Of a stretch of DNA of 64,000 nucleotides, positions 15,300 through 26,472 are shown one piece after another (position 1 is the first letter of the stretch; every line of letters begins with the position of its first letter). Both the position numbers and the translations under genes were made by a program. The notes beneath the pieces were generated by a model that did no database searches, had not been told where the DNA came from, and saw nothing but the letters and a program-made list of their open reading frames with translations. Location: the IMG/VR virus record IMGVR_UViG_3300045747_000505; one strand, written 5' to 3'. Source of the stretch: a virus. Lineage: Duplodnaviria; Caudoviricetes.

Positions 15300-16085
15300 A
15301 TGCACCGCCTTCTTGCAGCTCTGCTGCTTGCTGTCTCCTTCTTCTCGCAAGCTGCTAGCACCGTCCCGCTCCCAATGGGGCAGTGTTCATCTCAGCTCCT
15401 CTACGGCACGCCGACCTCCGTCAAGAAGTCTGCGCTGCCGATTTGCCGTAGCTCGTACTGGACGCTGAACGATACCGCCACTGAGCTTCCACTCGCCGTC
15501 ACCTACGTCCTCACGCCAGAGCACGCCCTTGGCTGCGAGAAGCGTGACAACGGCTTCGTCGCCGATGATGCCGTTCCGCCACCACGCGCCACGCCAAAGG
15601 ATTACGCCAAGTCAGGCTACGACATCGGGCATATTGCCAATGCGGCTGACCTTGAGTATTCAACGACGGCCACCACCGAGGCGAAGATACTAACGAACGC
15701 TGCGCCGCAATTGGCTGGCTTCAATCGTGGTATTTGGAAGAAGCTCGAGGATACTACGCGCGGCTGGGCAGTCGCTCGCAATCACCCACTTCAAATTACG
15801 GCGGGTGCCATTTACACGCCGAAGACCGATACGACCATCGGCGCCAATCATATTGGCGTGCCGCACGCCTTCTACAAGATAATCACCGACACCGTCACGG
15901 CTGAATCACAGGTATATCTGTTTCAGCACAAGCCGGCAAAGGGTGATTTGAATCAATTCATTTCCTCGCTCGCTGAAGTTCAGAAACAATCAGGGCTAGT
16001 TATTCCAATGCCATCAAAGGTCAAGTACACGAAGACTTGGCCTATCACGCAGAAGAGATCAGGCAAAACGTGCGCACTCAAATGA
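15300..16085 (+). CDS. Secreted DNA/RNA non-specific endonuclease (NucA/Serratia type)
   Basis: Signal peptide; SGYDIGH, NAAPQLAGFNRGIWKKLE. Confidence 0.9.
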   Translation: MHRLLAALLLAVSFFSQAASTVPLPMGQCSSQLLYGTPTSVKKSALPICRSSYWTLNDTATELPLAVTYVLTPEHALGCEKRDNGFVADDAVPPPRATPKDYAKSGYDIGHIANAADLEYSTTATTEAKILTNAAPQLAGFNRGIWKKLEDTTRGWAVARNHPLQITAGAIYTPKTDTTIGANHIGVPHAFYKIITDTVTAESQVYLFQHKPAKGDLNQFISSLAEVQKQSGLVIPMPSKVKYTKTWPITQKRSGKTCALK

Positions 16086-16312
16086 CGACCTTTCAGAAAT
16101 TTCAATGCAGTCGATTTACTCGCTGGCTTTGGTTCTTCTGGCAGAATCAGCTCACAAAGGAAATCTCAATTCGACCACGCTGGGCTGACGAATTGGCCTG
16201 GCCGTGGAAGCGACTCTACGTGTAACGACTGAGGGTTCGTTACAAAGTTTCCCGCACGGGTTGGAAAAGATGGGTATAATGACTCCATCGCCATCCGATA
16301 CAGGATTCCAAA

Positions 16313-17845
16313 ATGAGCTCCCTCCGCCTCGCCAAGAAGTTCGTCCCCAGCCCGCAGCAAGCGACGGTCTTCGACTGGATCACGAACGGCACCGGTAGCT
16401 GCGTTCTGGAAGCGGTCGCTGGCTCTGGCAAGACCACGACGCTGGTCAAGGCCCTGAACCTGATGAGCGGCTCGATCTTCTTCGGTGCCTACAACAAGAA
16501 GATCGCCGTTGAAATCGAATCCCGCGCCCCGAGCAAGGACGGTCTGGTCATCAGCACCATGCACGCCGCCGGCTTCAGCGCTTGGCGCAACGCGACTCGC
16601 CACCCGCAAGTGAATGGCGACAAGGTCCGCGACATCTTCCGTGACGCTTGTGTCCGCAACATTCAGTACGCGACGTTCGAACGTCCTGTTCTGCAGCTCG
16701 TCTCGCTTGCCAAGCAAGCTGGCCTTGGTCTGACTGGTCTGCCAAGCTTCAAGAGCCGTGCCGCTTGGGAGCAGCTGGTCAAGCACTTCGATGTCGAGAC
16801 GTTCGACGAGAACACCGATACCGACAACACCGAGATCATCATCAAGCTGGCGATCAAGACGCTCGAAGCCTCGATCGCTCAGAACATGAAGATCGTGGAC
16901 TTCGACGACATGATCTACGCTCCGCTCTACCACGGTGCTCGTCTTCCGAAGTACGACTGGGTGCTGCTCGACGAAGCTCAAGACACCAACGCCACTCGTC
17001 GCGCTCTGGCTCTCGGCATGCTGGCTGAAGGTGGTCGTCTCATCGCCGTCGGTGACCGTCACCAAGCGATCTACGGCTTCACTGGTGCCGACTCTGACGC
17101 GCTGGACCTGATCGCTACGGAGACCAACGCCAAGCAGCTTCCGCTGACCATCACGTATCGCTGCCCGAAGGCGGTGGTTGCCTACGCTCAACAGTGGGTC
17201 AACCACATTCAAGCTGCTGAGACGGCTCCCGAAGGTGTGGTCAGCACGCTGAACTCCACCGAGCTGGCTCTGTCCGCCAAGATTGGCGACGCCATCCTCT
17301 GCCGCTTCAACGCTCCGCTCGTCGAGTACGTCTACAAGTTCATCGCTGCTGGTACGCCGGCCATGATCGAAGGCCGTGAAATCGGTAAGGGTCTGGTGAC
17401 TCTGGCTCGTCGTTGGAAGGTCAAGAGCCTTGCCGCTCTGACGACCAAGCTCGAAGCCTGGCAAGAGCGTGAGACGGCCAAGGCCACCGCCAAGGAGAAC
17501 GTCAGCAAGGCGACGGCCATCGAAGACCAGGCGAACTGCCTGAAGGTCATCATCGCTCGCGTCGAGCAGAAGGACCCGACCACGACCAACCCCGTGGCGC
17601 TGGTGGTTGCCGAGATCGAATCGATCTTCGCCGACAATCAGGACTCGACCAAGGTCGTGCTGCTCAGCTCCATTCACAAGAGCAAGGGAAGGGAATGGTC
17701 GAAGGTCTATTGGCTTCAAACTGGTCCCAACAAGCGTGCACGTCTGGACTGGCAACAGGCCCAAGAACGGAATTTGTGTTATGTGGCTGCGACCCGTGCG
17801 ATGGACGAGCTGATCCTCGTTAACATTGAGAAGAAGATTTCCTGA
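16313..17845 (+). CDS. SF1 UvrD/Rep-like helicase
   Basis: AGSGKT, DEAQD, GDRHQAIYGF, IHKSKGREW, YVAATRA. Confidence 0.95.
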   Translation: MSSLRLAKKFVPSPQQATVFDWITNGTGSCVLEAVAGSGKTTTLVKALNLMSGSIFFGAYNKKIAVEIESRAPSKDGLVISTMHAAGFSAWRNATRHPQVNGDKVRDIFRDACVRNIQYATFERPVLQLVSLAKQAGLGLTGLPSFKSRAAWEQLVKHFDVETFDENTDTDNTEIIIKLAIKTLEASIAQNMKIVDFDDMIYAPLYHGARLPKYDWVLLDEAQDTNATRRALALGMLAEGGRLIAVGDRHQAIYGFTGADSDALDLIATETNAKQLPLTITYRCPKAVVAYAQQWVNHIQAAETAPEGVVSTLNSTELALSAKIGDAILCRFNAPLVEYVYKFIAAGTPAMIEGREIGKGLVTLARRWKVKSLAALTTKLEAWQERETAKATAKENVSKATAIEDQANCLKVIIARVEQKDPTTTNPVALVVAEIESIFADNQDSTKVVLLSSIHKSKGREWSKVYWLQTGPNKRARLDWQQAQERNLCYVAATRAMDELILVNIEKKIS

Positions 17846-18398
17846 GCCTACCGCGACGAGCCATCTCGTCGCGATTTGCCAAGGCGAATGCCCTTTGTTT
17901 TTCAGAGGCATTCGCCTTGAACGCTTCAGAACGAACATGCCCTTGGGCATTCTTTTGCCCTCTCAACTTCAAGTTCGGCACGCCTATCTTGGCTTCGCTG
18001 ATCGCTTTGTTCTTCGCAGCCTTCGCCTCTGGTGTAAGGTTAGCGTGATACGATTTCATTCTAGCGCTGTGTGCTGCTATTTGTTCTGGCGTTTTTGTAT
18101 AACCACTTAGACCGTCACCGCCATCTGTAAGGTTATAGCCATTTGGTGCTTTAGTTTTGTATTGAGCAATCAACTGAACTTCTAAAGCACAGAGGTCCTT
18201 GCGAGAGAAAGAACTCGCAATCTGTTCAACGGTAAAGGCATCAACACCGTATTTGCGGATCGCATTATAGAGAGCGATGTTATCATCTGCCTTCTTTGCC
18301 GTGTTCAGATGGGCTTTGAACCGACGGTTCAAAGAACCCTTCGTGATCCCGATGTATTGTTTGCCGTTCATGGTGTTAGTGATCAAGTAAGCAATCAT
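17820..18398 (-). CDS. GIY-YIG homing endonuclease
   Basis: AYLITNTMNGKQYIGIT...NGYNLTDGG; own late promoter. Confidence 0.9.
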   Translation of the reverse strand: MIAYLITNTMNGKQYIGITKGSLNRRFKAHLNTAKKADDNIALYNAIRKYGVDAFTVEQIASSFSRKDLCALEVQLIAQYKTKAPNGYNLTDGGDGLSGYTKTPEQIAAHSARMKSYHANLTPEAKAAKNKAISEAKIGVPNLKLRGQKNAQGHVRSEAFKANASEKQRAFALANRDEMARRGRLRKSSSQC

Positions 18399-18522
18399 AG
18401 ATCCTCCTCGTCTATTTATCAGGAAAAGAAGGTATTGTAACTGTCATTTCTTGGTTACACTTCATCGCTCACAGAACCCAAGATCTGTGGTAGAATAGTG
18501 TCACTGAACAAAGGAGCCAACC

Positions 18523-19300
18523 ATGGCCGCCGTCACCAAGCTCGGTCTCGAAACTCACGTCGAGATCATCATCTACGATCCGTTGCCAACCGTCGTCAAG
18601 AAGCGCTTCGACAACTGCACCCGCCCCGCCATCATCGCCGCCATCGAGCGTGAGTATGGCGATGACCTGATCGGCATCGCCATCTACGATGTCAGCAAGG
18701 TGCAGGTCGATGGCATCGTCTATCGCTCGGACCCCATCAACAAGACTAGCTGGAAGCGGAGCTGAGCATGGCTCAACTCAACGCACATCAACTTGGCGAG
18801 CTCGACGCTCGCGACTTTCTTGGCGACGACACGTGGCGCCGGTGGAAGCAGCTCTACGACGAAGCCATGGCCTATCGCAAGACCCTCAAGGGCAAGCCGA
18901 CCGAGGAGCAGCGCGCTCAGCTCGAGGCGAACGCCGAGTGGGTTGCCTTCTGCGACCACGTGCTGTGGCACTCGGCTCGCCTTCGTGATCGGTGCTGCTG
19001 CCGGTCGTGCACTCAGAAACGTGACAGGATCACATCATGAACTTCGAATCAGTTAGCGACCTCACCATGAACCGCATGGTCAGCGTGCCAGACGCCAAGC
19101 AGAACATCGTTCGTCTGGACGACGGCGAGCTGCTGCTGGTCTCCATTCAGCTGCCGAATGGGCAAGAGCGCCTCATCAAGATCTCCAGCATGGGTTGGAT
19201 GACGCTGGTCGAGGCGCCGCGCGAGAAGACCGAGCTGCTGTTCCGCATGGGACCACCGTCCTTCGCCGTCAACGAAGTCTGCTTCGATCCTCGAGGATAA
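18523..19300 (+). CDS. Three small hypothetical ORFs (18523-18765, 18768-19040, 19037-19300)
   Basis: Coupled ORFs after an AAGGAG RBS. Confidence 0.65.
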
Positions 19301-19411
19301 ATAGATCTCCCACCAACCGCACCTTTAGGAGGATGCTATGACACCGCTAAACGCAATTCCAATGGAACACCTCGTCGCTCTGTAAACGGCATCTCGCCGA
19401 AGTTCCGGCGA

Positions 19412-19985
19412 ATGTCGGAGCTGTATCGTCACTTCGGAACGCCCATGGGGCGAACCTTAATCTTCGATGACGACGCTTTGCTTTCGTTGTATAATCACGA
19501 AAGCTATGGAACACCCCTCAGCGAGCGCAATGGGTTCGCCGTTGGCAAGCAGTACCTGAACCTGACGGTAACCGCTTGGCGTGAGATGATCCTCGAGGGG
19601 ACGCTCGCTAAGTTCGAGCTGTACGAGGACCCTGCCTACCCGCACTGGTGGTTGGACGGTGTGCTGAACAATCTCTACAAGGACATGACCTATGAAGATC
19701 TCCTCAAGACGTCCCGCGTCGGTGGAAGCCATCGTATCCGACATTCGTGACAAGTGGAGCGCCGAGGACCTGGCCTTCGTAAAGTCTGGCGCTTTCTCGA
19801 TGGGCGCCGTTGGGCGTCGCATTCGCAACGAGTACGGGCTGTGGAATCCGTCGTGTCCGCTGACCGCACGCTGGCACGCTGACCCTGCCAACCGCTTCAT
19901 TCGTGACGGCATCGACTTCTCCGTCGACCATCCGGACAGCGTGGCCGAGCGCATCGAGAGCCTGCTTCGGGAGCAGCTGCAATGA
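19412..19985 (+). CDS. Two hypothetical ORFs (19412-19750, 19692-19985)
   Basis: ORF track; the first may really start at 19338 through a frameshift. Confidence 0.55.
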
Positions 19986-20554
19986 AGATCCTCTTTCTCG
20001 ATATCGACGGCGTGCTGAACAGCTCACGCTCCGTGCTGGCCCGCAGCGGACAGCACCTGATGAACATTGGTGCTTACAATGCAGTGCGCATGCTCTGCGC
20101 TGGCGAGCTGCCGTACGGCATCAAGCAATCGCTGGAGACGGTCGACCCAGTCGCCGTTGACCTCGTCAATCGCTTGCTCTCGAAGGATGAGGACCTGCGC
20201 ATCGTGCTGTCCAGCTCACATCGCTCGTACTTCTCCTCTGTCGCCTATCTGACGCAGTTCGGCTCTGGCGAGCATCTCGCCGCGCTTCAGACCTACCTCA
20301 AGGCGCTTGGGCTGATGGCTGATCGCCTCATCGGCTGCACGCCGCAGCTCCACACCTACCGTGGCACCGAGTGTCGCAAGTGGTTGGAAGAGCATCGTGA
20401 GGTGCGATACGCGTGCGCGCTCGACGATGGCGCCGACTTTCACAAGGGCGACTGCTACCACGTGCTCGTCAATCCAGCCATTGGCTTCTCAGCGGACGAC
20501 TACTACCAAGTATGTCGCCACCTCTTCATCGACGAAAGTCCCATTCTGATCTAA
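19982..20554 (+). CDS. HAD-superfamily phosphatase (RNA-repair-associated type)
   Basis: ILFLDIDGVLNS, IVLSSS, ALDD. Confidence 0.8.
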   Translation: MKILFLDIDGVLNSSRSVLARSGQHLMNIGAYNAVRMLCAGELPYGIKQSLETVDPVAVDLVNRLLSKDEDLRIVLSSSHRSYFSSVAYLTQFGSGEHLAALQTYLKALGLMADRLIGCTPQLHTYRGTECRKWLEEHREVRYACALDDGADFHKGDCYHVLVNPAIGFSADDYYQVCRHLFIDESPILI

Positions 20555-20563
20555 GGAGGCATC

Positions 20564-20746
20564 ATGCCTGAATTCAAAGCTGGCGACGTCGTTCGCCTCA
20601 AGTCCGGTGGTCCGCGCATGACCTTGTACTTCATCTCTGGTGCGAACGTGACCTGCAAGTACTTCAACAAGGTCACTGGGCTGATCGTGCAGGAGACGTT
20701 CTTCATGCACATGCTCGAGGTCGCCTTGCCGGGCGAAGGCGAATGA
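20564..20746 (+). CDS. DUF2158/YodC-like protein
   Basis: FKAGDVVRLKSGGPRMT. Confidence 0.85.
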   Translation: MPEFKAGDVVRLKSGGPRMTLYFISGANVTCKYFNKVTGLIVQETFFMHMLEVALPGEGE

Positions 20747-21042
20747 GAAAGCCTACCTACGAAGAGCTCGAGGGTGGACTCCGCTCGTTCGCCTTTCGCG
20801 TGAACTTCCATCGCACGATGTCCATGGACAATCAAGCGGTGCTGAACGACCTCGCTGACCTGGACGCCTACGTTCAAGCGCACAGCAGCCACAACGGCGA
20901 GAACCCGCAGAAGCTCATCGACGCTCGCGTCAACGAAGCCTTCTGGCTGCGCATCGCCAAGATGACACCGCCGGCCAGGGTGCCGACCGAGCCGAAGGTT
21001 GCCAAGGAGCGCAAGCCGCGCAAGAAGAAGGACGCCGTATGA
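20743..21042 (+). CDS. Hypothetical protein
   Basis: Coupled ORF. Confidence 0.65.
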   Translation: MRKPTYEELEGGLRSFAFRVNFHRTMSMDNQAVLNDLADLDAYVQAHSSHNGENPQKLIDARVNEAFWLRIAKMTPPARVPTEPKVAKERKPRKKKDAV

Positions 21043-21312
21043 ACAGCATTGAACGAATGCTCGAGCACATCATCGAGATGCAGCGCTGGGCAGCTCAGGA
21101 CCCCGTGAAGAACGATGCGCTGCTCAATCACCTGCTGCGCGTTCGTGACGAGCTCGAGCGTCGGCTGGCGAAATCATGAGCGTGAAGAACGTTGAGCTGC
21201 CCGCTCAGTACTTCGACAAGGCGCGCCTCGAAGCCGATGCGCTGCGCGCCGAGTGGTGGGCGTACATCGAGAAGAATCAGAAGACTCTGACGTCCATTCC
21301 GACGTTTCAAGA

Positions 21313-22098
21313 ATGGTACGCGCAGCGCTCGCCGTCTTGATGCTGTGCTTCAGCTGTCTCGCTCACGCGGTGACAGCTGAAGCTTACATCGTCATCGACG
21401 CTGACCGCGGCGTGCTGCTCGAGAAGAATGCGGACGACGTTCGCTCCATCGCCTCCATCACCAAGCTGATCACGGCGCGAGCCGCCATCGATCAGGATCA
21501 AGAGACGCTCATTCGCATTCTGCCTGAGGATTTGAAGCTCGGGCACATGCGGCGCACTCCACTGCGCGCTGGCGGACTCTACTCTCGCCGCGAGCTGATC
21601 GAGCTGACGCTCGTCTCCTCGGACAACGTCGCCGCCATTGCGCTTGGGCGCTACGCCACCTCACCGGTCTTTCTACCAGAGAACACGCGCTACGTCGAGG
21701 CGTCTGGTCTTGATGCGGGCAACGTCTCAACGGCGCGTGAGATTGCTGAGTTCGCTCAGGGGCTGCTCGCCACGCCGTTGGCTGACATCTCAACGCGCTC
21801 GACAGCTTCAATTGGCAATACCGAACGAGGCTCGACGAACCCGCTCATTCTGAACCCAAGGTGGAATTTTCTACTTTCGAAGACCGGCTTCATCAACCGC
21901 TCAGGAGGGTGCGTAGTGACGATCATCGTGACGGGTGGTAGACTATTGACCTTCGTTGTTCTGGGGTCCAGGAGCATTCCTGATCGTTGGAGGGACCTTC
22001 AGGAGCTGCGGCGCATGGTCGATGAGAACGCTCCGCCGGATCAGATTGTAACGCGAGCAAAGCGTTACAAATCGGTTCGACACAACGCTTCGCGTTGA
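21313..22098 (+). CDS. D-Ala-D-Ala peptidase S11 (PBP7-like), secreted
   Basis: SITK (SxxK), SDN (SxN), KTG; signal peptide. Confidence 0.88.
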   Translation: MVRAALAVLMLCFSCLAHAVTAEAYIVIDADRGVLLEKNADDVRSIASITKLITARAAIDQDQETLIRILPEDLKLGHMRRTPLRAGGLYSRRELIELTLVSSDNVAAIALGRYATSPVFLPENTRYVEASGLDAGNVSTAREIAEFAQGLLATPLADISTRSTASIGNTERGSTNPLILNPRWNFLLSKTGFINRSGGCVVTIIVTGGRLLTFVVLGSRSIPDRWRDLQELRRMVDENAPPDQIVTRAKRYKSVRHNASR

Positions 22099-22133
22099 TG
22101 TTATAATCGAGCCACGATAACTCGGAGCCGCAC

Positions 22134-22544
22134 ATGGCAGACATTCGCACTATCACCCTCAAGGCCAACTCAATCGTTGCTGTCGAGCGTGACACCCATC
22201 AGCTCGGCATCCCCGGCATGTCGTTCGTCCTGTTCAAGCCGTACCTCGCCACGCGACAACTGGTCGAGACGATCGAAGAAGGTGAGCGCATTCGAGTCGA
22301 GCTCAAGGACATCGGCGGCGCGCACACCAGCGACCTGGTCTTCATCTGGGACGGCTTCTTCACGGACACTCGAATCAACACGATGGTGATCGAGGTCGGC
22401 ATCGACGACCTGGTCGATGACGTGGTCGCCGAACCGACGGCCGATGAGGTTCGAGTCATGCATGACGGCGAGCTTCGCACCCTCACTGAGGCCTACGCCG
22501 AAACCCTCAACGGCAAGCTCAACGCCATCTTCGGCACTCCATAA
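22134..22544 (+). CDS. Hypothetical protein
   Basis: GGAG RBS, TATAAT upstream. Confidence 0.7.
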   Translation: MADIRTITLKANSIVAVERDTHQLGIPGMSFVLFKPYLATRQLVETIEEGERIRVELKDIGGAHTSDLVFIWDGFFTDTRINTMVIEVGIDDLVDDVVAEPTADEVRVMHDGELRTLTEAYAETLNGKLNAIFGTP

Positions 22545-22551
22545 ATACTAC

Positions 22552-22626
22552 ACCGCCATAGTCCAACGGAGAGGACGGGGACCTCCTAAGTCTCAGACGC
22601 TGGTTCGATTCCAGCTGGCGGTACCA
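22552..22626 (+). tRNA. trnR: tRNA-Arg (CCT)
   Basis: Loop CTCCTAA, CCA. Confidence 0.92.
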
Positions 22627-22633
22627 ACACCAC

Positions 22634-23167
22634 ATGATCACACAACTTCACGATCCCGATCGACCGCTGATTCTGCGCCACCTTCTGGCTCTCAATCGCG
22701 AGGATCGCTACCTTCGCTTCTTCGCCTCGCTTGGCGACTACGCCATCACGCACTACGTCAACAACGTCCTCGACATGAACGCGGGCCGAGCCTACGGTGC
22801 GGTGGTCGACGGCAAGCTCGTTGGCTTCGCGCACATCAGCTCGATCATTCCGGCTGGTGAGCACATCATGGCTGAGTTCGCCGTGTCGGTGGATCGTGAT
22901 CAGCGCGGCGCCGGATTGGCAAGTCAGCTGCTCTTCATCGCCATTCAGTATGCCGAGGAGGAGGGCATCAACACGCTCTTCATGTCCTGCCTGCGCGAGA
23001 ACAAGGCCATGCAGCACATCGCTCGCAAGGCCGGGCTGAACGTCGTCGTGAACGCCGACGAGGCCTACGCCGACCTCACCACCACGCCGAAGTCGGTCAT
23101 CTCCGTCTACGACAAGGTCGAGATGCTCGACGAGGATCTTTCCAACATTGCACTGGGGCTGATATGA
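22634..23167 (+). CDS. GNAT acetyltransferase
   Basis: AEFAVSVDRDQRGAGLASQLL...NKAMQHIARKAG. Confidence 0.88.
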   Translation: MITQLHDPDRPLILRHLLALNREDRYLRFFASLGDYAITHYVNNVLDMNAGRAYGAVVDGKLVGFAHISSIIPAGEHIMAEFAVSVDRDQRGAGLASQLLFIAIQYAEEEGINTLFMSCLRENKAMQHIARKAGLNVVVNADEAYADLTTTPKSVISVYDKVEMLDEDLSNIALGLI

Positions 23168-23797
23168 GCAAGGGTGACGATCAAATCTGGCACGCGAATC
23201 GGACCTCGCAGGGTGAGAACGCTGGCATGCACATCAAGCTGCTGTCGTGGCAGCACGTGTTCAACGGCGACAAGACGCGCTGGATGGGCGGGCGTGAAGA
23301 GTGCTCGGTGGTCGCGGACCGTGCCTGCTACTCCTACTACGCGTGGAACGAGCGCATCTACCGTGTGGACGGCGACACCGACACCGGCCTGACGATCGCC
23401 GACGTGTCATGACCGAGCGCATCTACCTCAACGTCCTGCGCGACGGCGAGCCGACCATTCTGGCCATCTCCAAGTCGACGTATCGACGCATGCTCGACGT
23501 GCTGAAGTTCGCACAGCAAGAGCTGGAGCGCGAGCAGCTGCTCAACGGGCCGCGCGTCGCAGCGGCAAAGTTCAAACGGAGCAAGCTGTGGGTCAACACA
23601 TCACGCACGAATATCTACACACATCCATGGCTGGTTCCTACTGGGTACAGTGCGAGGTGGTCCGCGAAACTGAGACCCACTTCGTTATCAAGTACTTGGA
23701 CCCACTCGTCGACGAGACGATGACCTGCATGACTCGCAAGTGCTACACTCGTGAGGTTGCCGAACCTGTTTTGCCCGACGAGCAGGACTGGTTTTGA
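23164..23797 (+). CDS. Small hypothetical ORFs (23164-23412, 23409-23723, about 23627-23797)
   Basis: Coupled ORFs. Confidence 0.5.
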
Positions 23798-23843
23798 AGA
23801 TAGAATAGCCTTACCATCAACCTGATTCAAAGGGATTTTCAAA

Positions 23844-24680
23844 ATGCTGTTTCTCGGACTTGGGCTCATCGAGCTCCTCTTTTGCGCGGTGCTGCTCATC
23901 GCGCTCATCATCGCCACGGCCTTCGACCGGCGTGGTCACGAAGCCTACAAGTGGCTCGTGCTGATCGTCGGCGGTGCCTTTCTGTGGGTTCACTTCGGTG
24001 ACTCCTTCACGCTGTGGGGCAACGCACACGTCGCCGCCGTCATCGACCCGGTCTCGCAGAAGGTCACCAAGGAAGCCTACGACCGCGTCGTCCTCTGGGA
24101 TGCCGTGATGACCGCAGCCTTCTGGCGACCAGCTGGTCTCTACTTCGGTGCTGGTCTCCTCTACGTCCTGTTCGAATTCTTCTTCGGCATCTGGCGCGCC
24201 AAGAACCAGTACGCTGACCGTTGGGCGAAGTTCCTCAAGACGACCATCAACGGCAAGCTCTTCATCAGCGGCGAAGAACTGTTCGGCGTCAATGAGCAGC
24301 TGGCCTCCAAGGGTCAAGACGAGCTCAAGAGCGGCGACACCTACTCGACGATCTTCCGCTCGGCATCCGCCAACGGTGACATCGTTCCGCTGGTCGTCTT
24401 CGCTCGTGATCGCATCGACGGCAAGTTCGACAAGTCGAACACCAAGGCCGAGTGGATTCACGTCGAGCGCATCGACGGCACCCTCGAGATCGAGCCGAAG
24501 ATCGCCAAGTGGAACCTGACACAGTGGGTCACGGCTTGGACGCTGTTCTGGCCAGCCTACGGTCTGAGCCTGATCTTTGGCGACCTGCTCGCCGAAGCGT
24601 GGAAGGCCTTCACTGACTTCCTGGTCTACATCAGCCGCCACATCGTGAAGTTCAGCTTCGCCGGCATCTTCAAGTTCTAA
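23844..24680 (+). CDS. Membrane protein
   Basis: Multiple hydrophobic helices at the N- and C-termini. Confidence 0.75.
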   Translation: MLFLGLGLIELLFCAVLLIALIIATAFDRRGHEAYKWLVLIVGGAFLWVHFGDSFTLWGNAHVAAVIDPVSQKVTKEAYDRVVLWDAVMTAAFWRPAGLYFGAGLLYVLFEFFFGIWRAKNQYADRWAKFLKTTINGKLFISGEELFGVNEQLASKGQDELKSGDTYSTIFRSASANGDIVPLVVFARDRIDGKFDKSNTKAEWIHVERIDGTLEIEPKIAKWNLTQWVTAWTLFWPAYGLSLIFGDLLAEAWKAFTDFLVYISRHIVKFSFAGIFKF

Positions 24681-24726
24681 GGACTTGAGCCAATCGGGTG
24701 GGACGCAAGTCCCGCCCTTTCGGGGT

Positions 24727-25629
24727 ATGAAAGCACTGAAAACCTTCGAACCCAATCTGCTTGGTCGCGATTTCATGATCGGCGACCTACACGGGTCTCT
24801 GTCGATGCTTGGCATTCTGCTGGAGGGTATCGGCTTCGACTACGAGCGCGATCGCCTCTTCAGCGTTGGCGACCTCGTCGATCGTGGTGAGGATCATCTC
24901 GCTTGCCTCGCGCTGCTGCGCGAACCCTGGTTTCACGCCGTTCGTGCCAACCACGAGGAGATGCTGCTCTCTGGCACGCTGCATTACGACAACGACCTCG
25001 CCGGGTCGTGGATGCAGAACGGCGGCATGTGGGCGCTGCAAAGCATCTCGCGTATCATCAACAAGCAACCGTTGGAGCCCGAGGACGAAGAGCTGCTCGA
25101 GCTGGCGAAGCTCGCCGACGAGCTGCCGTACCTCATCACGGTCAAGCTGAAGAGCGGTGAGCAAGTGCACCTTGTGCACGCTGAGCTGCCGCCGATCCTT
25201 GGCATCACCGACGTTGACCTCGCGTCTGAGGAGTTCGTGCAGCAGATCGCTCGCCACACGGAGAACAACCCGTACGACCGTGCCTCGACGCGCTCGCACC
25301 TGCTCTGGGGTCGTGAGGTCTTTCTAAACTTCTATCGTGCCGACCTGTCCAACCACGCGCAGATCGTGCGCACCGCTCGCTACCATCACTTCGGACATCA
25401 ACCAGAGCTGAGCCGTGTCGTCTCTGGCCACACCATCGTTCAGCGCCCACTGACCATCTTCAACTTCACCTGCATCGACACCGCAGCGTACGATGTGAAG
25501 CGCAAGGCGTGGGCTGGTCTGACCTGTCTCGAGCTGGACACCTGGACGTTCCGTCGTGCTCGGCCTGAAGGGGTCACGATCGTTGAGCCGGTTGTTGTAA
25601 ATAGCTATCCTAACGACGGAGATGAATGA
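24727..25629 (+). CDS. Metallophosphoesterase (lambda/PphA-type Ser/Thr phosphatase)
   Basis: GDLHG, GDLVDRG, NHE, VHAE, GHT. Confidence 0.9.
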   Translation: MKALKTFEPNLLGRDFMIGDLHGSLSMLGILLEGIGFDYERDRLFSVGDLVDRGEDHLACLALLREPWFHAVRANHEEMLLSGTLHYDNDLAGSWMQNGGMWALQSISRIINKQPLEPEDEELLELAKLADELPYLITVKLKSGEQVHLVHAELPPILGITDVDLASEEFVQQIARHTENNPYDRASTRSHLLWGREVFLNFYRADLSNHAQIVRTARYHHFGHQPELSRVVSGHTIVQRPLTIFNFTCIDTAAYDVKRKAWAGLTCLELDTWTFRRARPEGVTIVEPVVVNSYPNDGDE

Positions 25630-26449
25630 TGGCTGACACACCGAACCTGCACAAGACCATGGCCGCTGACGACAAGCTGGCTTCGATCATGACCAAGCTT
25701 GAAGCGAACATCGCAGCTCTGAAAAAGGCGGCTGCCGCTGTCGAGAAGCCGACGATGTTTCAAGTTCGGATGGTTGAGCAAGCGTCGAAGGAGCTCGAGC
25801 ACCTCGCGACGGACCTTCACTCGCGACAGCGAGTTCGGTGATGATTCTCACCATCCCATGCTCGCCAGAGCAGACTGACGTCATCGCTGATCATCTCATC
25901 TACGAGAAGGTGCTTGGCGTTCAGCCTGACGAGCGAGCATGGATGCTGGCGCAAGCGCGCAAACAATACCCAACCTGCAAGATTCGAAAGGCGGATCTCG
26001 ACCTCGAGAACGCCGAGTGGATTTTGACTCTAGACTCATAGGAATACGCCATGGCTTCAGTTCAGCAAATGATTGAGACGGACGTCAGCGTTCTGCTTCT
26101 GCGCGCGCTCAACAACAAGACGCTCGTTGCCTTTGGCGACGACGGCCTTGGCAAGTATGGTACTTGCGACATGCCGCAGTACTATGCCGTCCATGACCTC
26201 GACATCTCGGTCGACATCAACGAGGCGGATGACACCGCCGCCGGTGTCGTGTACATCGAGTTGGCCGGCTATGACGCTGCGCGCTTCGGAGCCATCACCA
26301 CAGATCGGAACTTTCTGCTTAGCGTTCAGGAGCAGCTCGAAAGCGTTGGAATCGATCGTTCTGTGTTGACTTACGCCCCAGACGGCAATCATCTGGAGTA
26401 CGGCGTGCTGATGTCGATCGATATCAAGAAGTTGTTGGATTGGCCATAA
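25626..26449 (+). CDS. Three hypothetical ORFs (25626-25841, 25838-26041, 26051-26449)
   Basis: Coupled ORFs. Confidence 0.6.
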
Positions 26450-26472
26450 ATAAAACTTAACAAGGAGACAAC

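Noticed and set aside
16166-17950. 594-aa minus-strand ORF
   Set aside because: Antisense shadow of the helicase caused by codon bias; no motifs. The same applies to the long antisense ORFs over 8303, 23844, 27720, 40164 and 46807.
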